64,000 bases of DNA from Dehalococcoidia bacterium (lineage in GTDB: Bacteria; Chloroflexota; Dehalococcoidia; Lucifugimonadales; UBA3495). Below, piece by piece: positions 55,957 to 64,000 of the stretch; position 1 is the stretch's first letter; each line of letters opens with the position of its first letter. The position numbers and the translations under genes are program-made. The DNA is taken from positions 3,095,387 through 3,159,386 of the forward strand of contig OY760687.1 in the NCBI GenBank assembly GCA_963663945.1, read 5' to 3'. The notes beneath the pieces were generated by a model. The model saw nothing but the letters and a program-made list of their open reading frames with translations, had not been told where the DNA came from and ran no database searches.

Positions 55957-57330
55957 CTATTCCGTCGTCTGCCTCTGCCACTGGGTACCCTGGGCGCCGT
56001 CTTCCAGGGTCACGCCCTGCTCGGCCAGGCCATCCCGGATCTGGTCCGCCAGCGCGAATTGACGAGCCGCCCGCAGTTCGGTGCGTACCGATACCAGGAG
56101 ATCGATGAATGGGGCCGCAGCGAGATCATCCTCCCGAGCCGGCCGGTCCTCGAAGGTGAGGCCCAGCACGCTGCCCAGCTCACGCAGGGCGGTTTGGCCT
56201 TCGTCGATCCTCTGGCCCGAGTCTCGGCCCCGGTTGATATCGCGCGCCAGGTCAAACAGGGCGGCCACGGCCTGGGGCGTGTTGAGATCATCGTCCATGG
56301 CCGCGGCGAATCTCGTGCGGTGCGTTTCCGCATCGACCTCGGGGCCACCCCCATTGCCGGGGATGAGGGCCCGGCGTACCCGCTCCAGGCTCCGCTCCAC
56401 TGCGGCGGCGCCCTCGTCGCTGTAGGCCAGCGGGCTGCGGTAGTGACTGCTCAGGAAGTAAAGACGCATGGCGTCCGGACTGTAGCGTTCCAGGGCCTCC
56501 ACCACGGACACGAGGTTGCCCAGAGACTTGCTCATCTTGTCGGAGCCCAACTGCAGGAGGCCGTTATGCATCCAGTAGCGGGAAAAGGGCTTCGTCCCGG
56601 TGTAGCACTCGCTCTGGGCGATCTCGTTTTCGTGGTGCGGGAACACGAGATCGTGTCCGCCCCCATGGATGTCGAGCTGCTCGCCAAGGTACTCCAGGGA
56701 CATGGCGGTGCATTCGATGTGCCACCCGGGCCGGCCCGGTCCCCACGGGCTCTCCCACGAGGGCTCGCCGGGCTTGGCGCCCTTCCACAGGACGAAGTCC
56801 ATGGGATGTTCTTTGTTCTCGTCCACCTGGATGCGCGCGCCGGCGATCATGCTGTCGAGGGTGCGGTGGCTGAGCTTGCCGTAGTCGTCCTTGCTGGTCA
56901 CGCGGAAATAGACGTCGCCGGCGGCGGGATAAGCGTGGCCACGGTCAATCAGGCCGGCTATGGCATCAATGATGCGGGGGATCTCGCGCGTAGCGCGGGG
57001 ATATTCGGCGGCCCGCTGGATGTTCAGCGCGTCCATCGTCTGGAAGTAATCTCCGATGAACTCCTCGACCAGCTCGTCCTCGGAGACGCCGGACTCCTGC
57101 GCTCGCTGAATTATCTTGTCGTCGATATCGGTGAAGTTCTGGACGTGGCGGACTTCATAGCCCTTGTGTTCCAGGTAACGCCGCAGGGTATCGAATACCA
57201 CGTAGCTCAGGGCGTGACCGACGTGGGTGGAGGAGTACGGGGTGACTCCGCACACGTACATCTTGACCAGGTTGCCGTCGGAGGGAACGAAATCCTCGAC
57301 CTGTCCGCTCAGGGTGTTGTACAGCTTCAT
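55957..57330 (-). CDS. cysS: Cysteine--tRNA ligase
   Basis: HVGHA (HIGH) and KMSKS motifs. 457 aa. Confidence 0.95.
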   Translation of the reverse strand: MKLYNTLSGQVEDFVPSDGNLVKMYVCGVTPYSSTHVGHALSYVVFDTLRRYLEHKGYEVRHVQNFTDIDDKIIQRAQESGVSEDELVEEFIGDYFQTMDALNIQRAAEYPRATREIPRIIDAIAGLIDRGHAYPAAGDVYFRVTSKDDYGKLSHRTLDSMIAGARIQVDENKEHPMDFVLWKGAKPGEPSWESPWGPGRPGWHIECTAMSLEYLGEQLDIHGGGHDLVFPHHENEIAQSECYTGTKPFSRYWMHNGLLQLGSDKMSKSLGNLVSVVEALERYSPDAMRLYFLSSHYRSPLAYSDEGAAAVERSLERVRRALIPGNGGGPEVDAETHRTRFAAAMDDDLNTPQAVAALFDLARDINRGRDSGQRIDEGQTALRELGSVLGLTFEDRPAREDDLAAAPFIDLLVSVRTELRAARQFALADQIRDGLAEQGVTLEDGAQGTQWQRQTTE

Positions 57331-57381
57331 ATCAGAAGGGGTGGACGACGGCGCTTGCGCCCGTTTGATTATCGTGTGATG

Positions 57382-57861
57382 TCAGGGTCGCCACAGCATC
57401 GCCACGGCCAGAGCCGCGATGCCTTCTTCCCGCCCGGTGAATCCCAGGTAGTCCGTGGTGGTGGCTTTGACACTGACCTGCGACTGTTCTACCGACAGAG
57501 CGGCGGCGATATTCTGACGCATCTCCGGCACGTGGGGGGATAGCCGGGGACGTTGCGCGAGCATTGTAGCATCAACATTAGCGATGCACCAACCACCGTC
57601 AGCCAGCGTCACAGCCGTCCGTTCCAACAGTATCAGGCTGCTGATCCCAGCAAGTGACGGGTCGCCCGGAGGGAAGTGCATGCCGATGTCGCCCGCGCCG
57701 GCGGCGCCCAGCAGGGCATCGATCACGGCGTGGCTGAGCACGTCGCCGTCGCTGTGTCCAGCCAGGCCGGTGGGATGAGGGATGTTGACGCCGCCAAGCA
57801 CCAGAGGTCGCCCGTCAGCCAGGGCATGGGCGTCGGCTCCGGTCCCTACTCGATACTGCAC
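57382..57861 (-). CDS. ispF: 2-C-methyl-D-erythritol 2,4-cyclodiphosphate synthase
   Basis: GTGADAHAL...GHSDGDVLSHA...DIG motifs. Confidence 0.95.
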   Translation of the reverse strand: MQYRVGTGADAHALADGRPLVLGGVNIPHPTGLAGHSDGDVLSHAVIDALLGAAGAGDIGMHFPPGDPSLAGISSLILLERTAVTLADGGWCIANVDATMLAQRPRLSPHVPEMRQNIAAALSVEQSQVSVKATTTDYLGFTGREEGIAALAVAMLWRP

Positions 57862-57902
57862 CGAAGGATTCGCCGGAGCAGACCGCTACTCGCGGCCAGC
57901 GC

Positions 57903-58349
57903 CTACCCTCGCTCGATGGACTTGAGAACCTGGTGCGCGTGCTCGATGTCGTTCAGCGGGCCGCTGTAGGCGATGATCGGCGCATAACCGATGATGATCG
58001 CCGCGAGGAACCCCAATGCCGACCCGGACGCGACGAAGTCGGCGTTGGTGGGTTCGTCGCCAATCCTGAGCTGGGAGTACACGACATCGCTTTGGGCCGC
58101 GATCAACTCAGGCGCAGGCAGGCCCATATGGGCGATCAGCAGCATCACCAGCGGCGCCACGCAAACCAGAGCAAGAACGGACCAGATAATGACCCATGCA
58201 AGGAACATATTCCGCTCGGCGTTGACCTTCGAGCGCAAATGCTCCAGACGACCTGGGGCTACCGCCATGTCCAGCCGGTCAGCGCTCAGACGCAGAAATT
58301 GAGCGTACTCCCGGTAACGGGAGCGACGGTTGACGGTGCTGGCAACCAT
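57903..58349 (-). CDS. Hypothetical two-TM membrane protein between ispD and ispF
   Basis: 148 aa, two hydrophobic helices. GGAGGA RBS. Confidence 0.5.
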   Translation of the reverse strand: MVASTVNRRSRYREYAQFLRLSADRLDMAVAPGRLEHLRSKVNAERNMFLAWVIIWSVLALVCVAPLVMLLIAHMGLPAPELIAAQSDVVYSQLRIGDEPTNADFVASGSALGFLAAIIIGYAPIIAYSGPLNDIEHAHQVLKSIERG

Positions 58350-58400
58350 TCTGATCCTCCGCTTGTCGAAACCATTTGTCCAAACGCGCGATCAATATTT

Positions 58401-58421
58401 CCAAAAGCGCACGTCCGTGCG
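58401..58421 (-). terminator. Terminator-like hairpin after ispD (minus strand)
   Basis: cgcacg-ga-cgtgcg followed by CTTTTGG on the minus strand. Confidence 0.45.
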
Positions 58422-58505
58422 TGACAAAGGACGACATTAAATATCCTATGCAAATCAGCCCTTTTGTTGCAAGCAAACCGGTGAGCTATTTGGGACACTT
58501 TTGAA

Positions 58506-59219
58506 TTATCGCCGGCCCAATAGCACGCTGACCATATCCAGATCTTCAGGAGTCGTCACCTTCAGGTTGCGGTAATCGCCCCAGAAAACCGTGACCCGAT
58601 GGCCCGCGGCTTCGACCATGGCCGCGTCATCGGTGTATTCGACCTCAGCCGCGCGATGCGCATCCAGCAGCGTGTGATAATCAAAAGCCTGGGGGGTCTG
58701 CGCGGCCCACAGGGTGGAGCGATCGGGCGTACCTGAAATCACCTGCTGGTCGCCCACGACCTTGATCGTGTCCTTCACCGGCACCGCGGCGATGGCTGCG
58801 CCTGATCCCCGAACTTCGTCGAGAGCGCGTCCAAGGATTTCTGCGGAGACGCACGGGCGGGCTCCGTCATGGATGGCTACCCATCGCCGCTCGCCCATGG
58901 CCACCAGCCCGGCGAGGACCGAATCCTGGCGGCTGGCTCCACCGGCGCAAACCGCCGCAATCTTGGGAATCTCCGACTCTCGTACCATCAGTTCAACATC
59001 GGGCACCGCATCGGCAGCGACCACCAGCACTATGCGGTCCACCACATCCGACGCAGCGATGCGCTTGAGCGTATGTGTAATCAGCGGAGATCCGAGAATA
59101 TCAACGAAGGTCTTGTCTGTGCCGCCCATCCGGGAACTGCTCCCAGCGGCCACCACCACAACACCCAATAGATCGTCAGATGTTTCGTCCACGGCAGTCT
59201 CCAATGTACCACAAGTCAA
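58506..59219 (-). CDS. ispD: 2-C-methyl-D-erythritol 4-phosphate cytidylyltransferase
   Basis: VVVAAGSSSRMGG..DK motif. The track start is TTG and the true start may lie slightly downstream. Confidence 0.9.
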   Translation of the reverse strand: MTCGTLETAVDETSDDLLGVVVVAAGSSSRMGGTDKTFVDILGSPLITHTLKRIAASDVVDRIVLVVAADAVPDVELMVRESEIPKIAAVCAGGASRQDSVLAGLVAMGERRWVAIHDGARPCVSAEILGRALDEVRGSGAAIAAVPVKDTIKVVGDQQVISGTPDRSTLWAAQTPQAFDYHTLLDAHRAAEVEYTDDAAMVEAAGHRVTVFWGDYRNLKVTTPEDLDMVSVLLGRR

Positions 59220-59335
59220 AAATTGCAGGCTTGGCGTGCCAGCCCCTTTAGTTTATGATTTAGCCGTTATCAGGATCAAAATCAAACGAGTGGAACATCC
59301 GCGGAGCGCGTTACGCCCGTTACGCCAAAGGGGGC

Positions 59336-59797
59336 ATGATGGCTGCATTGGAAATGGCCTATCACGTGGAAACGTACAGCTCGGGAACCCACGGCAGAGC
59401 AATCTGCAACGCCCGTACGCATCACTGGGTTGCCGATGATGGCGGCGGTGACGCAGTGGGAGCCGGTGAGCTGTTCCTTTCCGGAATTACCGCCTGCGCC
59501 GTGAATATGGTGGAGCGCATCGCGCTCACCGACGACGCTCCGGTGGACTTCATGGAAGTAACCGCCGAAGCCTTCAGGGACCCGGAAGCGACCCCCGGGG
59601 ACGTGAGCCTTTACGCCGACGTGCGCATCCACTTCAAAATATGGGGCGTCGACGACGATCAGGGCAACTACCTGGTGGACACGTGGAAAAAGCGTTGACC
59701 CCTGTATGGTTCGGTCGCCGTGGCGACCCCCAGCACTTCCGTCACTGCCGAGTTCGTCGGCGAGACTCGCCAGAAGCACGCCGGCCGCGCCGCGTAG
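59336..59797 (+). CDS. OsmC/Ohr-family protein with Sec replacing the C-terminal CP cysteine (UGA at 59696-59698)
   Basis: The track ORF ends at TGA after ...VDTWKKR. Read-through adds U-PLYGSVAVATPSTSVTAEFVGETRQKHAGRAA up to TAG 59795-59797. The first conserved Cys is in LSGITACAVNMV. Confidence 0.65.
59713..59728 (+). promoter_or_regulatory. SECIS-like hairpin after UGA 59696
   Basis: ggtcgc-cgtg-gcgacc (6-7 bp), starting 15 nt after the UGA. Confidence 0.5.
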
Positions 59798-59838
59798 CTC
59801 CCGCGAAATAGTTTGCGCCGCCGAACGGCGAAGAAATA

Positions 59839-59900
59839 CGCCCCGGCCTCGCCGGCGAGGCCGGGGCGACACGCCGCAACGCTGGTATCGAGCGTTGCGG
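59839..59900 (+). terminator. Two consecutive GC-rich hairpins downstream of the OsmC-like gene
   Basis: cgccccggcctcgc/gcgaggccggggcg (59839-59868) and ccgcaacgct/agcgttgcgg (59874-59900). No U-tract. Confidence 0.5.
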
Positions 59901-60074
59901 GAATGCTCATTCAACTCAGCGCATAATTCTTTAGTCGACCAGGCTCGGCGTCCAGGCCGGGCGCACAGGCACTGATCATCGGCAGGGAGATCTGATATAG
60001 AGTTCCCGCTTACCATTTTTGCAGCCGGCCTGTCCGACACATCAGCCGGTCTGCTGAAAGACTTCGCCATCGCC

Positions 60075-62051
60075 ATGGCTATCGCGGCCGTAGGGCTGGC
60101 GCTAGCCCGGCTGGTGTGGCAGCCACCGGTACTCGGTTACCTTATCGCCGGGCTGTTGATCGGGCCGTACACGCTGCCCCACCCGGTTATCAGTAATCTC
60201 GACACCATCGAGTTACTTGCCGAACTGGGATTGATACTCCTGTTATTCGGTATCGGTCTGGAGTTGGGCTGGAGGCGCATCCGCGAGATCGGCCTGCGCG
60301 TCCTGGTCATCGGGGTGGTGGAGATATCCACCCTGACCTACCTCGGTGTTCTGATCGCTGACAAAGTCATGGGCATCTCCGGGGCGAACGCCCTGTACCT
60401 GGGCGGCGCCATGGCCATCAGCAGTTCGGCAATACTGCTGAAGGGGTTGCGGGACAGCGGCAACCTGCGCGCCGGATGGGGCCAAACCATCGTTGGCATC
60501 CTCCTTGTGGAAGACTTCGCCGCGGTCATCCTGCTGACCCTGTTGGCCGGGCTTGCGACCACGGGTTCCACCGACCTGGCGGACGTGGGGTGGTTGGCCG
60601 CAAAGCTGGGCATCTTCTGCATCGCGGCCCTGGCTTTCGGCGCGCTGCTGGCGCCTCGCCTGATGCGCTTCCTCTCCCGGATGCAATCCGATGAGACCCT
60701 GCTGGTTGCTTCACTGGGCTGCTGCTTCGGCCTGGCGTTGACTGCCGAGTTCCTGGGATTGTCGGCGGCGGCCGGCGCCTTCCTGATCGGCGTGGTCATC
60801 GGCGACACCGACGCGGCCGGACGGGTTACGCGCCTGGTCAACCCGGTGCGCGACATGTTCGGCGCGCTGTTCTTCCTCTCCATCGGGATGCTCATCAACT
60901 ACCGGACGCTGGACGACCACATCGTGCCGGCCCTGGTGGTGGTGGGTGTGTTCATGGGCGGCAAGATCTTGGCCAACACCATCGGAGCGGTACTGGCGGG
61001 ACGGCGATCGCGCACCGCAGTGCAGGTCGGGATGACCATGCCGCAAATGGGCGAGTTTTCGCTGGCCATCGGTCACCTCAGCGCCACCAACGCCGCGGTT
61101 GGGCCCGTGGTAGCGCCGGTGCTGGCAATCGCCACGGCCATCACCGCGGTCCTGGCGCCGCTAACCTCCAAGTTTGCGACGCCCATTTACGACTGGTTGG
61201 AGCGGCGCGCCCCGCCGGCGGTCCTGGCGGTCAACCTCGTTGTCTTCCTGGGTATTCAATCTTTCTGGGCCGCGTTCTCATTGCCCGGGGAAACGGGACG
61301 CCTGCTGAAAAACTCGGTGCGCCGCATCATAATCGACATCTGCATCATTGCTGTGCTTACGGCCATAGGCACCGCAGCGGTGTATACCCTGCCCGACCTG
61401 CTGGCGGATCCGGATTCGGTGTCACATGCGTTGCTGGGCGTAATCCTCGGCGGCGCCACGGTGGGAATCAACCTGCCAGCCGCCATTGCCATCTGGCGTG
61501 AATTGCGGGTGGTCGCCAGCCTCACCGTTCGCGCGACGGTGCGTGATACCGCGGGTCAGCCGGCGCGGTACACTCTTCGCACGTTGCTGCGCGATGGAAT
61601 GGCCACAGCCTTCTTGCTCGTAGGCGTCCTGCTGATGATCCCCCTGATAATCCAGCTGTTCTCGCTGGGAAGCCTATCGGTTCCGCTGTCCCTGTTCCTG
61701 CTCCTGGCTTCAGCCGGCGCCCTGGTCTTTGCCGGCTTCCACGTCCACCGCGTCCTGCGGCCGGTGTTCCGGAACACGTTCATTGCTCCGTCGGCTCCCC
61801 GTCGTACCGAACCGCCAGCCTCCAGCGCCTTCGAGGCAATGGACGTGGAGAGCCCGTCCTTCAACCACTGGGCTGACCCGGATGCACAGCCGGTCCAGCA
61901 GGAGCGTGCGGCCGCTGCCGCCGCTAAGGAAGCGGAAGAGTCGACCGAGGATCTGTGGAGATTCCTGGAAGAGCGCATCGAACTGTTCAATCCTACGCCG
62001 GCTCGGCCACCTGAAAGCGCAGAACCGGCCGCCCAACGGGAAGCGGATTAG
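60075..62051 (+). CDS. Cation:proton antiporter (CPA2/Kef-type) with a long C-terminal extension
   Basis: PVLGYLIAGLLIGP and ELGLILLLFGIGLE motifs. 658 aa. Confidence 0.85.
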   Translation: MAIAAVGLALARLVWQPPVLGYLIAGLLIGPYTLPHPVISNLDTIELLAELGLILLLFGIGLELGWRRIREIGLRVLVIGVVEISTLTYLGVLIADKVMGISGANALYLGGAMAISSSAILLKGLRDSGNLRAGWGQTIVGILLVEDFAAVILLTLLAGLATTGSTDLADVGWLAAKLGIFCIAALAFGALLAPRLMRFLSRMQSDETLLVASLGCCFGLALTAEFLGLSAAAGAFLIGVVIGDTDAAGRVTRLVNPVRDMFGALFFLSIGMLINYRTLDDHIVPALVVVGVFMGGKILANTIGAVLAGRRSRTAVQVGMTMPQMGEFSLAIGHLSATNAAVGPVVAPVLAIATAITAVLAPLTSKFATPIYDWLERRAPPAVLAVNLVVFLGIQSFWAAFSLPGETGRLLKNSVRRIIIDICIIAVLTAIGTAAVYTLPDLLADPDSVSHALLGVILGGATVGINLPAAIAIWRELRVVASLTVRATVRDTAGQPARYTLRTLLRDGMATAFLLVGVLLMIPLIIQLFSLGSLSVPLSLFLLLASAGALVFAGFHVHRVLRPVFRNTFIAPSAPRRTEPPASSAFEAMDVESPSFNHWADPDAQPVQQERAAAAAAKEAEESTEDLWRFLEERIELFNPTPARPPESAEPAAQREAD

Positions 62052-62065
62052 CGCCACCGGCACGG

Positions 62066-62074
62066 TGCTACAAT
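62066..62074 (+). promoter_or_regulatory. Extended -10 TGcTACAAT
   Basis: 31 nt upstream of ATG 62105. Same 9-mer as upstream of copA. Confidence 0.45.
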
Positions 62075-62104
62075 GCGCACAACCAACACCAGGCAGGCGA
62101 CAAG

Positions 62105-63037
62105 ATGCGCATCTGTTCTTTCCTACCCTCCGCGACCGAGATTGTTTATGCATTGGGACTGGAGGACCAACTCTACGGAGTAACCCACGAGTGCGATTAC
62201 CCCGCCCAGGCCAAAAACAAACCTTGGGTGGTGCGCAGCGTTTTCGAAGGCACACAGCCCAGCAGCGGCGAGATCAGCCGCGTGATCTCAGAGCGCCTCG
62301 CCGAGGGGCTCGGGATCTACCACATCGACCAGGAAATCCTGGACGCAGCCAACCCGGACCTGCTGCTCACCCAGGCTATCTGCGAGGTTTGAGCGGTGTC
62401 TTCTCGGCAGGTCGCCGAATCCACCGCCAACATGGACAAGGAACCCACCGTTCTGTCGCTGGACCCGCAGTATCTTGGTGACGTGTTGGAAGACGTCCGT
62501 CGGGTGGGCCGGGCCACGGGCGCGGAGTCCGTCGCTGATCAGGTCACCGCTCGCATGCAGGATCGCATCGACGCCGTCACTCAGCGCGCTGAACTGGCCG
62601 ACAGCCACCCGAAAGTCCTGCACCTAGAGTGGACCGACCCGTTGATGTGCGGTGGCCATTGGGTGCCGGAGATGGTGGAACTGGCCGGCGGAACCAATAG
62701 TTTCGGCGACAAGGAGATGGGCTCCTTCCCGCTGGAATGGGACGCGGTCGTTGAGAGCCAGCCGGACGTCATCGTGGTCATGCCTTGCGGTTTTGAGGTC
62801 CCACGCGGCATGGAAGACCTCCCCCTGCTCGCGGAAAAACCGGGCTGGGCTGGGCTGCCGGCCGTGCAGAACGACCGCGTGTACGTGATCGACGCCAGCA
62901 ATTACACCAGCAGGTCGGGGCCCCGGCTCGTCACCGGCCTAGAGATACTCGCGGAGATGATCCATCCCGAACTCTTCGCCGGGATGATCCCGGAGGGCGG
63001 CGCCCGCCGCATTTACGGATCGGGCAAAACCGGGTAG
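62105..63037 (+). CDS. BtuF-like (Peripla_BP_2 fold) cytoplasmic binding protein with a C-E-V-U motif (UGA at 62390-62392)
   Basis: Track ORFs 62105..62392 and 62396..63037 share a frame with only 3 nt between them. Read-through gives LLLTQAICEV-U-AVSSRQV. From memory, homologues carry C-x-V-C-A-V at this position. Confidence 0.65.
62393..62427 (+). promoter_or_regulatory. SECIS-like two-tier hairpin immediately after UGA 62390
   Basis: Outer stem gcggtg/caccgc, inner stem tcggc/gccga, apical loop AGGUC. Confidence 0.55.
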
Positions 63038-63191
63038 GCGCAATCGCGTTCGTCGGGTGTCCGTCCGGTCGGCCTCCACCCACGCCGGTGGGGATGCGAC
63101 CGGGGGACCGCGTTGGGCCCGCCCTGTCGCAGCCGGCGTGTTCGCGCCGCCGAGGCCCAAACGGGGGCTCCGGGCAAACCCGACCAGCGGA

Positions 63192-63881
63192 CTAATTCAG
63201 GCGCGGCCCTTTGAACGGAGTGTTCTGTTCCGCCTGTTCGGCCACGATGCGATTGGCCTGCCGCATCAGCGTCTGCAACTTTTCCAACTGTCCACCGGCG
63301 GTGGGAGTTTCCAACAGGGATTGCCGCACGTCGGGGGGCAGGGGCAGACTGACGGCCAGGGTCGCCGAGGCGGTGCGGGCCAGCGCTATCGGCTCGTCGG
63401 GAACCGTCACTTCGCGGTCCCACCCGCCGGCAATGGCCGTAAGTTGACGCTGCAATTGGATGAATTGCTCGCGCACGCCGGCCACCGCGGTTGCGGAAAC
63501 GTCCCCCTCGTCATCTTCCATGAACCGGACCAACCCGACCAGATGGGGCACGGTCTGCACGGTTTGCAGCAACTCGAACCGGGTTTCGCCGCGGGTCAGG
63601 ATGTTCAGGCGGCCCTCCTGCAGGCGTTGGACCTGCGAGACTCGCGCCGTCGTTCCCACGGTATGCGGTTCGGCGGCTTCGCCCACCTCGTTGCCTTCCT
63701 TGATGAGCAGCACACCGAAGGGCTCGTCCCGTTCGACGCAGTCGCCGATCATCGCTTTGTACCGCTCCTCAAAGATGTGCAGCGGCAGCGGCATGCCGGG
63801 GAAAAGCACCACGTTGTTCAGTGGGAACAGCGGCAGTTCGTGGTAGGTTCCCGGAGGGAAATCGTCAGGATTGATCGCCAT
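63192..63881 (-). CDS. Lon N-terminal (LON substrate-binding) domain protein
   Basis: LPLFPLNNVVLFPGMPLPLHIFEERY motif. ATG at 63881 (internal Met of the track ORF). Confidence 0.8.
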   Translation of the reverse strand: MAINPDDFPPGTYHELPLFPLNNVVLFPGMPLPLHIFEERYKAMIGDCVERDEPFGVLLIKEGNEVGEAAEPHTVGTTARVSQVQRLQEGRLNILTRGETRFELLQTVQTVPHLVGLVRFMEDDEGDVSATAVAGVREQFIQLQRQLTAIAGGWDREVTVPDEPIALARTASATLAVSLPLPPDVRQSLLETPTAGGQLEKLQTLMRQANRIVAEQAEQNTPFKGPRLN

Positions 63882-64000
63882 GATGCCGCAGTATAACCAC
63901 GCGCGGATAGCACAGCAACCCGCCCACCAGAGCGCCCCCGTCCAGAAGGAACGGGGGCTCAATTCATTACCCGTATTTTGCCGCGTTACTTGACCGGTTC

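Noticed and set aside
59706-60074. ORF 59706..59975 ends in TGA and is in frame with the antiporter gene, suggesting a possible N-terminal Sec extension.
   Set aside because: Its translation is low-complexity Arg/Pro-rich and spans two terminator-type hairpins. The antiporter N-terminus from ATG 60075 is a normal length for CPA2 proteins.
1-64000. Search for CRISPR arrays, tRNA/rRNA genes and Sec-machinery genes (selA/B/D, tRNA-Sec).
   Set aside because: No regularly spaced repeats, no tRNA-like T-arm/cloverleaf candidates and no recognisable sel genes were seen by eye. tRNAscan/Infernal would be needed to be definitive.

Overview
High-GC bacterial chromosomal segment of about 55 genes. The gene content (LLM-class flavin monooxygenases, SDRs, MFS transporters, a CoA-transferase, beta-propeller proteins) tentatively resembles a marine Chloroflexota/SAR202-like catabolic region. 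Housekeeping genes sit on the right side: secA, rplY, cysS, ispF, ispD, and a copA-type ATPase with a YHS-domain gene. The centre holds two tandem, paralogous family-5 ABC importer loci, each with a lipoprotein SBP and two permeases and no ATPase. The main observation is five places where a TGA splits or truncates a reading frame. In each case the TGA falls where homologues carry a redox cysteine, and a hairpin follows 1-15 nt downstream. These look like selenocysteine genes: a UGSC protein, DUF3179 (U-P-L-C), a TlpA-like thioredoxin (W-U-P-H-C), an OsmC-like protein (U-P), and a BtuF-like binding-fold protein (C-E-V-U). Second, a 2.4 kb IS21-family element (istA/istB) appears to split a large gene, possibly tubulin/FtsZ-like. 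That gene is translationally coupled to a membrane-anchored secreted protein of unknown function. Also present are a low-GC islet encoding an orphan two-TM protein, an NTase-HEPN fusion, DUF3800 and Uma2 genes, REP-like palindromes, several intrinsic terminators and recurrent TGnTACAAT promoters. I saw no rRNA, tRNA or CRISPR array. All calls rest on reading the sequence and remembered family motifs; no searches were run.
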